A stretch of DNA of 64,000 nucleotides from Candidatus Multivoradales bacterium (GCA_965223855.1 CBDCXM010000009.1:320001-384000), one strand, 5' to 3'. Shown: positions 46,926-56,660, counted from the stretch's first letter. Notes: a model not told the origin generated them from the sequence alone. A program made the numbers and translations.

Positions 46926-48737
46926 ATGGCAGATATGGCAGGTCACACCACAGGCCGCGTCCTCCTCGCCATCGCGCTCGTCGCGGTGATGGCGCCCGCT
47001 GCCTGGTCCCAGGAGGAGACGGCGCCGGTCCGCACCGCCGACGAGGAGCACGCGGCGCTCTTCCTCGAAGACCGCTTCCCGGCCGCCACGACCTGCGCCA
47101 CCTGTCACCCCGACCACTACCGCGAGTGGTCGGTGTCGCCGCACGCCTACGCGCAGATGAGCCCCGTTTTCAACGCCATGCACGGGACGATTCTCAAGCT
47201 GACCAACGGCACGAACGGCGACTTCTGCATCCGCTGCCACACGCCGGTGGGGATGAACCTCGGCGAGCCCGAGTTCATGAGCAACATGGACCGCCACCCG
47301 ACCTCGCGGGAAGGGGTCACCTGCATCGTCTGCCACCGGGTCAATCGCGCCTACGGCAAGCTCAGCGGACGGCTGGCGATCGTCGAGGGCGACGTCTTCG
47401 ACACCGTCTACGGACCGACCGGAGGCGAGGAGCTCGAGCGGGTGATCGACAGCTCCGAGTTTCGCGTCAACACCGAGCGGGGGCAGGCCGGGCGGGCGAT
47501 CCACGCCGAGGCGGAGCCGTTCTTCCAACTCCGAGAGGCGGGCATCTGCGGAACCTGCCACGACGTCAACCTGGTGAACGGCTTCCGTCTCGAGGAGGCG
47601 TTCAGCGAGTTCAAGACGTCACCGGCCGCGCGCCGGGGGGTGACGTGCCAGGACTGCCACATGGGGACGGAGCCGGGAATCGCCTCCGGGTTCCGCCAGG
47701 GGCCGGCGGCAATGATCGGCACCCGGCCGACCGCCGAGCGCCGGCTCACGAATCACATGTTCATCGGGCCGGATTACTCGATCGTCCACCCGGGGATCTT
47801 CCCGCACAACACCCGGGCCTCCGAACTGGCGACGATCCGCGACTGGCTCCAGTTCGACTGGGAAGCGGGCTGGGGCACCGACGCCTTCGAGCTCGAAGCG
47901 CCGGAGGACTACGAGTTCCCCGAGGTGTGGGCCTCCGCCGACGACCGCTACGACGCCCGCGACATCCTCGACGCCAACCTCACGCTGCTCGACGAGGCCA
48001 ACCAGGCGCGCCTCCAGCTGCTGCGCGCCGGTTACGTTCTCGGGGACACGAAGGTCGAGAAGAAGGGTCGCGGGCTCGCCTTCTCGATCGAAGTCCGCAA
48101 CGCCACCGACGGTCACGGCGTGCCGACCGGCTTCGACGCCGAGAGGCTCGTCTGGCTCGAAGTGACGGTCGCGGACGCGGACGGCGAGGTCGTCTTCCGC
48201 TCCGGCGATCTCGACCCGAACGGCGACGTGCGCGACCTGCACTCCCTCTACGTCCACAACGGCGAGCTGCCTCTCGACCGCTACCTCTTCAGCCTCCAGT
48301 CGAAGTTCCTGACCCGGATGGTGCGGGGCGGCGAGCGCGAGCAGGTGCTGGCGATCAACTACTCGCCCGACCCTCTGCCGTTCCTGCGACCCTCGGTCAC
48401 CTCGACGATCCTCACCGGGAGACCTCGCGGCGCCCGCAAGCACAAGCAGAACCTCGCTCCGCTCGGTCACCGCGTGGCGCGCTACGAGGTGCCGGCGGCC
48501 AAGCTCACCGGGCGCCCGCCGTACCGGGCCACGTTCCGGCTCAAGGCGGCGATGGTGCCGGTGAATCTGGTCCACGAAATCAAGGACGTCGGGTTCGACT
48601 ACTTCATGAGCGCTCGCGACGTCGCCGAGCGAGTGGTGGCAGGCCATCTCGTCCTCTGGGAACGACAGCTCGCCCTCGAAGACGGTGCCGAACCGCCCCA
48701 AGCCGAAGAAGCCGTGGATGCCGCCGCGTCGCCCTAG
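46926..48737 (+). CDS. Exported pentaheme cytochrome c (c554/c552-like)
   Basis: Signal peptide; CATCH, CIRCH, CIVCH, CGTCH, CQDCH; heme-free C-terminal half. Confidence 0.9.
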   Translation: MADMAGHTTGRVLLAIALVAVMAPAAWSQEETAPVRTADEEHAALFLEDRFPAATTCATCHPDHYREWSVSPHAYAQMSPVFNAMHGTILKLTNGTNGDFCIRCHTPVGMNLGEPEFMSNMDRHPTSREGVTCIVCHRVNRAYGKLSGRLAIVEGDVFDTVYGPTGGEELERVIDSSEFRVNTERGQAGRAIHAEAEPFFQLREAGICGTCHDVNLVNGFRLEEAFSEFKTSPAARRGVTCQDCHMGTEPGIASGFRQGPAAMIGTRPTAERRLTNHMFIGPDYSIVHPGIFPHNTRASELATIRDWLQFDWEAGWGTDAFELEAPEDYEFPEVWASADDRYDARDILDANLTLLDEANQARLQLLRAGYVLGDTKVEKKGRGLAFSIEVRNATDGHGVPTGFDAERLVWLEVTVADADGEVVFRSGDLDPNGDVRDLHSLYVHNGELPLDRYLFSLQSKFLTRMVRGGEREQVLAINYSPDPLPFLRPSVTSTILTGRPRGARKHKQNLAPLGHRVARYEVPAAKLTGRPPYRATFRLKAAMVPVNLVHEIKDVGFDYFMSARDVAERVVAGHLVLWERQLALEDGAEPPQAEEAVDAAASP

Positions 48738-48741
48738 GGGC

Positions 48742-50163
48742 TTGCTGAGGAACCCTCGTGGGTCGCGCGCCGGCCTCATCTTCGCCGCCGCGACGCTGAT
48801 GGCGACGGCGATCGGCGCCGCCGAGCCTCCCACCGAGGGAGACGGCGAGAGCGCGAGCCGCCTCACCGACGAGGCGATCCCACTGCAGGTCGATGCGGTA
48901 CCCGAGCGGCCGAAGCCGCCCCTCGAGCTCGGCGAACCGTTCCTCGGCACCGGCACCCTGCGCCCCGGCTTCCGACTGCCGACCGGCGCCGTGTGGCAGC
49001 CGGCGCTCGTCGCTTTCGGCTCCCTGAGGACCGCGGCCCAGAGCTTCGACTCCGGCGCCGGCAGGGTGAGCGAGCTCGTCGCCCGGTTGGACCTCTTCGC
49101 CAACCTTCAGCTCTCGGGAACGGAGCGCGTGGTCGTCGGCTTCCGGCCGCTCGACCGCGACGGTCGCTTCACCTCGTACGTCTTCTCGAGCGACGTCCCG
49201 GGGATCGAGGACGGGTCCCGCGACGAGTGGAACGGCGAGGTGACGAGCGTCTACTTCGAGGGAGACTTCGGCGAGATCTTCCCCAATCTCTCGAAGGACG
49301 ACTTCAGCCGCACCGACGTAGGTTTCTCGGCCGGCCGTCAGCCGCTGATCTTCCAGGAAGGGATGCTGATCAACGACTCGATCGACGGCATCGGGTTGAC
49401 CCGCAACACGCTTCAGCCGGGCAATCTGTCGAACTTCCGCGCCACGCTCTTCCTCGGCTTCGACGAGGTCGGCCGGCCCGACCGCATCGACGACGACGCG
49501 CGGCTCGTCGCGCTCCTGACCTCGACCGATACCAGGAGGTCGACCTGGGACGTCGATCTCGCGTGGGTGGAATCGCAGGTCGAGGGAGACCTCCTGGCCG
49601 GCGGGATCAGCGCGATTCAGAGACTCGGGCACTACAACACCGCGTTTCGACTGCTCGGCTCTTCAGCCCTCGACCGGGAAAGCGACCTCGTCTCCGACGG
49701 CTGGCTGCTGCTCAACGAGGTGTCGTGGACGCCGCACCACAGCCACGACCTCGTCTACGTCAACACCTTCGTCGCCGCCGACCGCTTCTCGTCCGCGGCG
49801 CGCGGGCCGAGCACCGGAGGCCCGCTCGGGCGCGCGGGCATCAACTTCGCTGCCGTCGGGCTGGGCAACTACGGCGCGGCGCTGAGCTCGGAGGCCGAGG
49901 ACGTCGCCGGCGCGGCGGTCGGCTACCAGCGCTTCTTCGATCACACCCGCAAGCAGCTCCTCGTCGAGGCTGGCGCGCGTCTCGGCACCCGTTCCGGGAG
50001 CGCCGACTCCGCCGCCGTCACCGTGCGGTTTCAGACCGCGCTCAAGCGCCACTACGTGCTGGTGCTCGATGCCTTCGGCGGCTACCGCGACCCGGGACCC
50101 GCAGCACCCGGCGGCCGGCAGGAGCTACTCGGTGCGCGGGTCGAACTGGTGACGAAGTTCTGA
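48742..50163 (+). CDS. Putative outer-membrane beta-barrel protein
   Basis: Signal-like N-terminus, alternating hydrophobic beta-strands, C-terminal ARVELVTKF with terminal Phe. TTG start inferred. Confidence 0.72.
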   Translation: MLRNPRGSRAGLIFAAATLMATAIGAAEPPTEGDGESASRLTDEAIPLQVDAVPERPKPPLELGEPFLGTGTLRPGFRLPTGAVWQPALVAFGSLRTAAQSFDSGAGRVSELVARLDLFANLQLSGTERVVVGFRPLDRDGRFTSYVFSSDVPGIEDGSRDEWNGEVTSVYFEGDFGEIFPNLSKDDFSRTDVGFSAGRQPLIFQEGMLINDSIDGIGLTRNTLQPGNLSNFRATLFLGFDEVGRPDRIDDDARLVALLTSTDTRRSTWDVDLAWVESQVEGDLLAGGISAIQRLGHYNTAFRLLGSSALDRESDLVSDGWLLLNEVSWTPHHSHDLVYVNTFVAADRFSSAARGPSTGGPLGRAGINFAAVGLGNYGAALSSEAEDVAGAAVGYQRFFDHTRKQLLVEAGARLGTRSGSADSAAVTVRFQTALKRHYVLVLDAFGGYRDPGPAAPGGRQELLGARVELVTKF

Positions 50164-52202
50164 TGGCGGCCGCCCGCCTCCTCGGCCCGGCGGTGGCCGG
50201 TCTGCTCGCGATCGGCCCGGTGGCGGCGGCCGAGACCCCGGCGGCGCGCGACCCGGCGAAGATCGTCACCGCCGAGGCGTGCGGCGAGTGCCATCTCGAG
50301 GAGTTCGAGGTGTGGAAGACGACGCCTCACGCACTCGGCTTCAAGTCGCTCCACCGCAGCGCCGACGCTGAAGAGATCGCGCGCAAGATGGGTCATCGGC
50401 TCATCAAGCGCGACAGCCCCTGCCTCGAATGTCACTACACGACGGCACTCGACGGCGAGCGCGAACGCGCGGTGTCGGGAGTGTCGTGCGAGTCGTGCCA
50501 CGGCGCCGGCCGCGACTGGATCGAGGTACACAACGACTACGGCCCCGACGCCACCTTCGCCACCGAGACCGACGCCCACCGCGAGCAGCGAATCGCCGCC
50601 AGCCGAGCGGCCGGGATGCTGCGGCCGACCGACCTCTACGAGGTGGCCGCCAACTGCTTCGGCTGCCACACGGTGCCCAACGAGGAGCTCGTCAACGTCG
50701 GCGGCCACACGACGGGCAGCATCGGCTTCGAGCTGGTCGAGTGGTCGCAGGGCGAGATCCGGCATAACTTCGTCGCGGCGCAGCGGGGCGGGAGCAAGGA
50801 GAACGTCGAGCGCTCCGACGAGCGCAAGCGGCTGATGTACGTCGTCGGCCGATCGCTCGAGCTCGAGTACGCGCTGCGCGGACTCGCCAAAGCGACCGAG
50901 GACGGGGCCTACGCGAAGTCGATGATCCGCAAGGTTCGCAACGCGGTTGCCGAGGTCGGCGACATCGCGGCGGTCACGACCCTCGCGCCGGTCAACACCA
51001 TGACCGCCGCGGTGCGCGAAGCCCGGGTCAGCCAGGGGAACGCAGCCGAGCTGCTGGCCGCCGCCGATCGGGTGAGCGCGGCGACCAGAGCGCTGCTCCG
51101 GGAGCCGGCCGGCGCGCAGGTGGCGGCCCTCGATCCTCTGAGACTCGGCCAGCCGCTCCCGGGGACGGATCAACTCGCCGAGGACGAGCGCGAGGGCCTC
51201 GAGGACCCCGTCGAGGGCGCGGCCGAGACCGTCCCGGCGGCCGTCGCCGCGGCGGCCGCACCCGGAGAGCCCGGCGCCACCACCGCCGGCGCCGGCAGCG
51301 GTCGGAGCGTGCCCGACTACGCTCGCAAGACCCGGCTGCGACCGACCTCGCCGCACCGCACGATCGACGCCGGCGCGTGCAGCGGCTGCCACGAGGAGCA
51401 GAACGCCTGGTGGTTCGACGACCCTCACTACGCCGCCGCCGAGCCGTTTCACGAGGGCGATCCGAAGAACGCCCAGATCGCCCGGCTCTACGGGCTCGCG
51501 GCCGGCGAGGCGACCAGGGGAAACCAGCTGTGCATGGACTGTCACGGCACGGTCGTCACCGGCAAGGAGCGCCGCGAAGTGTGGGACGGGGTGAGCTGCC
51601 AGAGCTGCCACGGTGGCGCCGCCGACTACCTCGAGCCGCACAAGGAAGGGGACGAGACGGCCGGAGATCAGCGCAGCGGCTACCTCGCCGCACTCGGTCT
51701 CGGCATGAAGGAGCTGCGTCGTCCCGAGGTGCGGGCGCGCAACTGCGCGAGCTGCCACTACATCACCGACCCGCGTCTGATCTCCGCCGGGCACCCGACC
51801 GGCAGGGACTTCCGGATCGTCGAGCGGATGCCGCGGATTCGCCACTGGGAGCGGGCCGATCTCGACGCCTCCGCCCTCGAGAGCGCCTTCCGCGACGAGG
51901 TGGCACGGCGAGGAGCGATTCCCGAGGTTGTCCTCGCCTCGCTGCCGGCGGGAGAGTCGCCGCTCGCCGCCGCTGCGACGGCGACGCGGACCCGCCGCGC
52001 GGGAGGGGGCTCCCGCCCCGTCAGAGCCCTGCCGCCGCGACAGCGACCGGTCGATCCGATCGCCATCCCGGACCCTGCGAGCGTCGGCCCGCTCGACCTC
52101 CCCCCCTTCGACCCTCCGGCGGACGACGCGCCGCTCGAGGAGGTCCTGGCGCTGATTCAGCAGCGACTCGCCCTCATCTACGAAAACGTTCAGGAGCCGT
52201 GA
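50163..52202 (+). CDS. Exported octaheme cytochrome c (two tandem tetraheme c554-like domains)
   Basis: ATG overlaps the upstream TGA; CGECH, CLECH, CESCH, CFGCH / CSGCH, CMDCH, CQSCH, CASCH. Confidence 0.9.
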   Translation: MAAARLLGPAVAGLLAIGPVAAAETPAARDPAKIVTAEACGECHLEEFEVWKTTPHALGFKSLHRSADAEEIARKMGHRLIKRDSPCLECHYTTALDGERERAVSGVSCESCHGAGRDWIEVHNDYGPDATFATETDAHREQRIAASRAAGMLRPTDLYEVAANCFGCHTVPNEELVNVGGHTTGSIGFELVEWSQGEIRHNFVAAQRGGSKENVERSDERKRLMYVVGRSLELEYALRGLAKATEDGAYAKSMIRKVRNAVAEVGDIAAVTTLAPVNTMTAAVREARVSQGNAAELLAAADRVSAATRALLREPAGAQVAALDPLRLGQPLPGTDQLAEDEREGLEDPVEGAAETVPAAVAAAAAPGEPGATTAGAGSGRSVPDYARKTRLRPTSPHRTIDAGACSGCHEEQNAWWFDDPHYAAAEPFHEGDPKNAQIARLYGLAAGEATRGNQLCMDCHGTVVTGKERREVWDGVSCQSCHGGAADYLEPHKEGDETAGDQRSGYLAALGLGMKELRRPEVRARNCASCHYITDPRLISAGHPTGRDFRIVERMPRIRHWERADLDASALESAFRDEVARRGAIPEVVLASLPAGESPLAAAATATRTRRAGGGSRPVRALPPRQRPVDPIAIPDPASVGPLDLPPFDPPADDAPLEEVLALIQQRLALIYENVQEP

Positions 52203-52203
52203 C

Positions 52204-53838
52204 GTGAGCGAGCCGTTCGAACCGGGCAAGACCGTGCTCAAGCAGATCGAGCAGTACGGCGACCGCTGGAGCGCCTACGGCGCGAGCGAGAGCATCGTCT
52301 CGATCTCCGACAGGCTCACCCTCGAGGAGATGAGGGAGATCGACGTCTTCTCCGACTACGACGACTCGTTCCTCGAGAAGATCCGCTCCGACGTCTCGGT
52401 GGCGGTGTGGAAGCCGGACTCGGTGCTGTTCGAGGAAGGGAGCTACATCGACCTCGCCTTCGTCGTCCTCGAGGGAGAGGTCGAGACCTTCGTCGCCGGG
52501 ATCGGCAAGGGTGAAGCGACGCCGCAGCCGATCTTCGACGCCACACGCACCGTGCTGGGCGACGCCGAGACCACCCTGGCGGCCGAGCGCACCACACTGA
52601 TGCCGACGCTCTCGCCGCCGAGGCGGGCGCCGAAGGAGATCACGCTCCTCGCTTCGATGGACTTCGACATGCCGCGCGAAGGCACCGTGAGACTCGGCCC
52701 CGGCGAGGTGTTCGGCGAGATCGGCGCCCTGAGCGGCTGGCCTCAGTCGGTGACGGCACGGACCGTGACCGAGTGCCGTCTGGTGCAGATCCGGATCAAC
52801 GCGCTCAGGCTGATGAAGCGCAAGTCCGCGGCACTCAAGGAGCGCCTCGACGAGCGCTACCGCGAGCGCTCGCTGAGCGCGCAGCTGCGGACGACGCCGC
52901 TCCTGAGGCGCTCGAGCCCGCTGGTGATCGAGGCGCTCAAGGACGAGGTCGAGCTCGTCTCCTGCGAGCCGGGAGAGACGGTGCTCACCCACGGCGACGA
53001 GCCCGACGCGCTCTATCTGGTGCGCTCCGGCTTCCTCAAGCTGCTGCAGCCGCTGGCCGACGGTCAGATCGCCGTCTCGTACCTGTCGAAGGGGATGACC
53101 CTCGGCGAGGCGGAGCTGCTGCTGCCCGAGATCGACGGCTGGCAGGTCAGCGCCGAATCGGTCGAGTACAGCGAGCTGGTGCGGATCCCGGCACCGGTCT
53201 TCGACAATCTCCTGCGCAACGAGCCGCTGATCGAAGCCGATCTTTGGGCGTCGGCTCAGGAGCGCATCCGCGAGTCCGGCTTCGCGCGGCGGCACATCGG
53301 TCACGCGGAGTTCCTCCAGGAGGCGCTCGACACCGGGCTCGTTCAGGGCAACAGCATCCTGGTGATCGACCTCGAATCCTGCACCCGATGCGACGACTGC
53401 GTGCGCGCCTGTGCCGACACGCACGAGGGGCGCCCCCGCTTCGTGCGCGAGGGAGACAAGTACGCCAACCTCCTGATCGCCAAGTCCTGCTACCACTGCC
53501 GGGATCCGGTCTGTCTCGTCGGCTGCCCGACCGGCGCGATCCATCGCGCCGGGCTGAGCGATGTCGTCGAGATCGAAGACGAAATCTGTATCGGCTGCGC
53601 GAGCTGTTTCCGCAACTGCCCGTACGACGCGATCGTCATGCACGAGACCGGCGACCTGTGGCCGGACGACATGATCCCGGTCGGGCTGCGAGGGCGCGAT
53701 CGCCAGGTCGCCAGCAAGTGCGACCTTTGTGCCGACACCGGTCACGGGCCGGCGTGTGTCAGCAACTGCCCTCAGGGTTGCGCCTACCGGGTCGGATCGC
53801 TGGAGGAGTTCCAACGGCTGATGAGCGGGGAGAGCTAG
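52204..53838 (+). CDS. Tandem cNMP-binding-fold domains fused to a DmsB/NrfC-type 4x[4Fe-4S] ferredoxin
   Basis: LFEEGS..DLAFVVLEG / LGPGEVFGE; HGDEPDALYLVRSG / GMTLGE; CTRCDDCVRAC, CYHCRDPVCLVGCP, CIGCASCFRNCP, KCDLC..GPACVSNCP. Confidence 0.92.
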   Translation: MSEPFEPGKTVLKQIEQYGDRWSAYGASESIVSISDRLTLEEMREIDVFSDYDDSFLEKIRSDVSVAVWKPDSVLFEEGSYIDLAFVVLEGEVETFVAGIGKGEATPQPIFDATRTVLGDAETTLAAERTTLMPTLSPPRRAPKEITLLASMDFDMPREGTVRLGPGEVFGEIGALSGWPQSVTARTVTECRLVQIRINALRLMKRKSAALKERLDERYRERSLSAQLRTTPLLRRSSPLVIEALKDEVELVSCEPGETVLTHGDEPDALYLVRSGFLKLLQPLADGQIAVSYLSKGMTLGEAELLLPEIDGWQVSAESVEYSELVRIPAPVFDNLLRNEPLIEADLWASAQERIRESGFARRHIGHAEFLQEALDTGLVQGNSILVIDLESCTRCDDCVRACADTHEGRPRFVREGDKYANLLIAKSCYHCRDPVCLVGCPTGAIHRAGLSDVVEIEDEICIGCASCFRNCPYDAIVMHETGDLWPDDMIPVGLRGRDRQVASKCDLCADTGHGPACVSNCPQGCAYRVGSLEEFQRLMSGES

Positions 53839-53841
53839 GCC

Positions 53842-54672
53842 TTGACTCACCGCCACCGCAGCGCGCGCCGGTCGAGGGCGGCCGTGATCGCGGCCTCCGT
53901 CGCCGCGCTCGCAGTGGTCGTCTACGTCGGCGGCGCGACCCTGTGGGAGGTGGCTCCGGGAACTCCGTTGAGCATCGGCTTCGGTGTCGCGGCGGCGATC
54001 CTCCTTCTCGGGGCAGCCCTCTACGGCGCGCGGCGGCGACTCGTACGCCTCGCCTCGCGACGCAGCCTCGGGACAGCCTCGAGCTGGCTCGCCTTTCATC
54101 TCTACGGCAGCCTCCTCTTCCTGCTGCTCGTGCACCTCCACTCCGGCTTCGCCGTTCCGAGCGAAGGGGTGACCTGGTGGCTGTGGGCACTCTCCTGGTG
54201 GACGGTCGTCACGGGGGTCGCCGGTCGGCTGCTGCAACTGTGGATCCCCAGAGCGCTCGGCTCGGGCCTGTCGGTGGAGGTGCTCTACGAGCGCATCCCC
54301 GAGCTGATCGAGGAGCTGCGCGAACGGTCGGAGACTCTCGCCGCCACTTGCGACGAGTCGGTGCAGAATCTCTACTCCAACCAGGTGGCGAAGCAGCTCA
54401 CGGGGCCGAGGCGCCGCTGGATCTACTTCGTCGATCCGGCCGGCGGAGCGCGGTCGCAACTGCGTGAGTTCGACTACCTGCGCACGATGCTGCCGCCGGA
54501 GGAGCAGGACAAACTCGATCGACTGGCGGGGTACCTGCGCACGAAGCTCGAATTCGACGCTCACTACACCCTGCAGGGAGTGCTGCGCTCGTGGCTGTGG
54601 ATCCACGTCCCGCCGTCGCTGGCGGTGCTCGCCCTGGTCATCGTCCACGTCTTCGCGGTCACCTACTACTGA
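53842..54672 (+). CDS. Five-TM membrane protein, putative di-heme cytochrome b
   Basis: Two helices each carry a His pair 14 residues apart: FHLYGSLLFLLLVHLH and IHVPPSLAVLALVIVH. Confidence 0.75.
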   Translation: MTHRHRSARRSRAAVIAASVAALAVVVYVGGATLWEVAPGTPLSIGFGVAAAILLLGAALYGARRRLVRLASRRSLGTASSWLAFHLYGSLLFLLLVHLHSGFAVPSEGVTWWLWALSWWTVVTGVAGRLLQLWIPRALGSGLSVEVLYERIPELIEELRERSETLAATCDESVQNLYSNQVAKQLTGPRRRWIYFVDPAGGARSQLREFDYLRTMLPPEEQDKLDRLAGYLRTKLEFDAHYTLQGVLRSWLWIHVPPSLAVLALVIVHVFAVTYY

Positions 54673-54687
54673 TGGCGGACTCACACG

Positions 54688-56268
54688 ATGGCGGCTAAGC
54701 GTCGGCAGGGGAAGGGCTCCTACGGCCGCTGGCAACTGCCGGTGGCGAGGCGCTATCTCGTCCCGGGGTCGAGGGGGCGTCGGATGGTCCTGGCGGCCGC
54801 GCTCTTCGCGCTCATCCTGGCCGCGGTGGCGGCAGACTTCCGGCTGCGGCGCGGCAAGGCGCTCTCCAAGGGCGCGCTGTCGTCGCACCACGCCCTCCAG
54901 GAGCAGGACTGCGCCTCCTGCCACGTCGAGTTCGATGCGGTGAGCGACGACCGCTGCTCCTCGTGCCACGAGAAGTTCGGCGATCAGCTCGGCGTCTACA
55001 CCTTCGCCGCTCACTACCTGTACCGGTCGACCGACTTCCAGCGCGTCGTCGCCTCGGAACACGAGCTGCCGTGCTCCTCCTGCCATCTCGAGCACGCGGG
55101 GCGCGAAGCTCAGATCACCCGCGTACCGGATTCGCGCTGTCTCGACTGTCACGAATACGGCGCCTTCGGCGACGACCACCCGGAGTTCGCCTTCGCGCGG
55201 GAGGAGGCCGCCGAGGCGGGCGGCCTGCACTTCCCTCACATCGAGCACATTCGCGAAGTGATGGCGCAGCAGAACCTGCACGACGTCGAGCGGTCGTGCC
55301 TCTACTGTCATCGGCCGGAGGCGGACGGGCGCTCGTTCCAGCCGATCGAGTTCGATCTCCATTGCGACTCCTGCCACCTCACGACGACTACGGCGACGCC
55401 GCGGCTGCCGATCGCAGGAGAGGCGGGCGAGGAGGATGGTCCCGGAGTCGAGACGCTGGAAGCAATCCGCGCTCGCGGCGGCCCGGGCACGGAGTGGGCC
55501 TACTACACGAACCCCAACGAGTTCCGCCGCACCGGGCCGCGGATCCTCAAGTCGCCGCTGCATCACGAGGATCCATGGATTCTCGACAACCTGCGCCGGC
55601 TGCGGCGCGAGCTCTATCCCGACGCCGGGCTCGCCGACCTCCTGACCGCCTCCCCCGATGCCCCGGTGCATCGATTGAGCGAGGTCTACGGCGAGGCGAT
55701 CGCCACCCTGCAGTCACAGGTCGACGGCCTGCGTGCCCGCCCCGAGCCGGAGATCCAACGTGACCTCGCGAAGCTCTCCGCGCTCCTGACCGAGGCGGAG
55801 CGGAGCCTCCTCGATCCCTATACCCCCCTCGACGAGACCGAGTTCCAGCTCGCCCTCGAGCGACCCGATCCGAATCTGTCGGCGGAGCAAGTCGACTCGA
55901 TCGACCGCCTCGCCGACGAGCTGACGACGCCGTGCCGCCAGTGCCACATCGTCGAGAACGCCACCCTCGCCCGGGTCCAGACCGATCAGCGGACTCTCCT
56001 GAGCGCCGAGTTCGACCACCGCGCCCACATCCTCCAGCGGCGCTGTCTCGACTGCCATCGCGAGATCCCCGTACTCGAGCACCTGAACTCCCCCGAGCCG
56101 GTCGATCCCGCGATCGACAACGCCGGCATTCACAACCTGCCGCGCATCGAAGCGTGCCGGGAGTGCCACCAGCCGCGCCAGGTCTCGGACCGCTGCGTCA
56201 CCTGCCACGTCTTTCATCCGGACAAGAACCGGCGATCGGAACTGCTGCTCTACCTGGAGACCGGCTGA
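54688..56268 (+). CDS. Membrane-anchored decaheme cytochrome c (c3-like)
   Basis: N-terminal TM; CASCH, CSSCH x2, CLDCH x2, CLYCH, CDSCH, CRQCH, CRECH, CVTCH; distal-His motifs FPHIEH and FDHRAH. Confidence 0.9.
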   Translation: MAAKRRQGKGSYGRWQLPVARRYLVPGSRGRRMVLAAALFALILAAVAADFRLRRGKALSKGALSSHHALQEQDCASCHVEFDAVSDDRCSSCHEKFGDQLGVYTFAAHYLYRSTDFQRVVASEHELPCSSCHLEHAGREAQITRVPDSRCLDCHEYGAFGDDHPEFAFAREEAAEAGGLHFPHIEHIREVMAQQNLHDVERSCLYCHRPEADGRSFQPIEFDLHCDSCHLTTTTATPRLPIAGEAGEEDGPGVETLEAIRARGGPGTEWAYYTNPNEFRRTGPRILKSPLHHEDPWILDNLRRLRRELYPDAGLADLLTASPDAPVHRLSEVYGEAIATLQSQVDGLRARPEPEIQRDLAKLSALLTEAERSLLDPYTPLDETEFQLALERPDPNLSAEQVDSIDRLADELTTPCRQCHIVENATLARVQTDQRTLLSAEFDHRAHILQRRCLDCHREIPVLEHLNSPEPVDPAIDNAGIHNLPRIEACRECHQPRQVSDRCVTCHVFHPDKNRRSELLLYLETG

Positions 56269-56606
56269 TGGGAGCGCGGCTGCTGTGCAAGACCGGCAAG
56301 CTGGAGGGGCTCGAGTTCTCGCTCGGCGAAGAGACGACCGTGGGTCGCCGCCGCTCGAGCGACGCGGTGGTCGACGCCCCCGGGGTTTCGGGCACGCACG
56401 CGACGATCCGCTGGTCGGAGGAGGGCGGCCGCTACGAGCTCGAGGACCTCGGCAGTACCAACGGCACCCTGCTCGACGGCGTCCCCGCCCAGGGCATCGA
56501 GCCTCTCGGGACCCTGCACGTCATCACCTTCGGGCGGCACCACAGCTTCATCTTCGTGTGGGACGGCGCGACCCCGACCGGCACGACGAGCGCCGAGGAG
56601 GAGTAG
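56268..56606 (+). CDS. Stand-alone FHA domain protein
   Basis: TGATG overlap with the upstream gene; TVGR, VSGTHA, DLGSTNGT. Confidence 0.88.
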   Translation: MGARLLCKTGKLEGLEFSLGEETTVGRRRSSDAVVDAPGVSGTHATIRWSEEGGRYELEDLGSTNGTLLDGVPAQGIEPLGTLHVITFGRHHSFIFVWDGATPTGTTSAEEE

Positions 56607-56660
56607 GCCGCTCTCCCCCCCTCGGCCTCGGCCCCTCGGAGAACTCCGAGCCCGGGCTCG

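Noticed and set aside
46926-48737. Pentaheme protein as NrfA nitrite reductase
   Set aside because: All five motifs are CxxCH with no CxxCK, and I recognise no NrfA-specific motifs.
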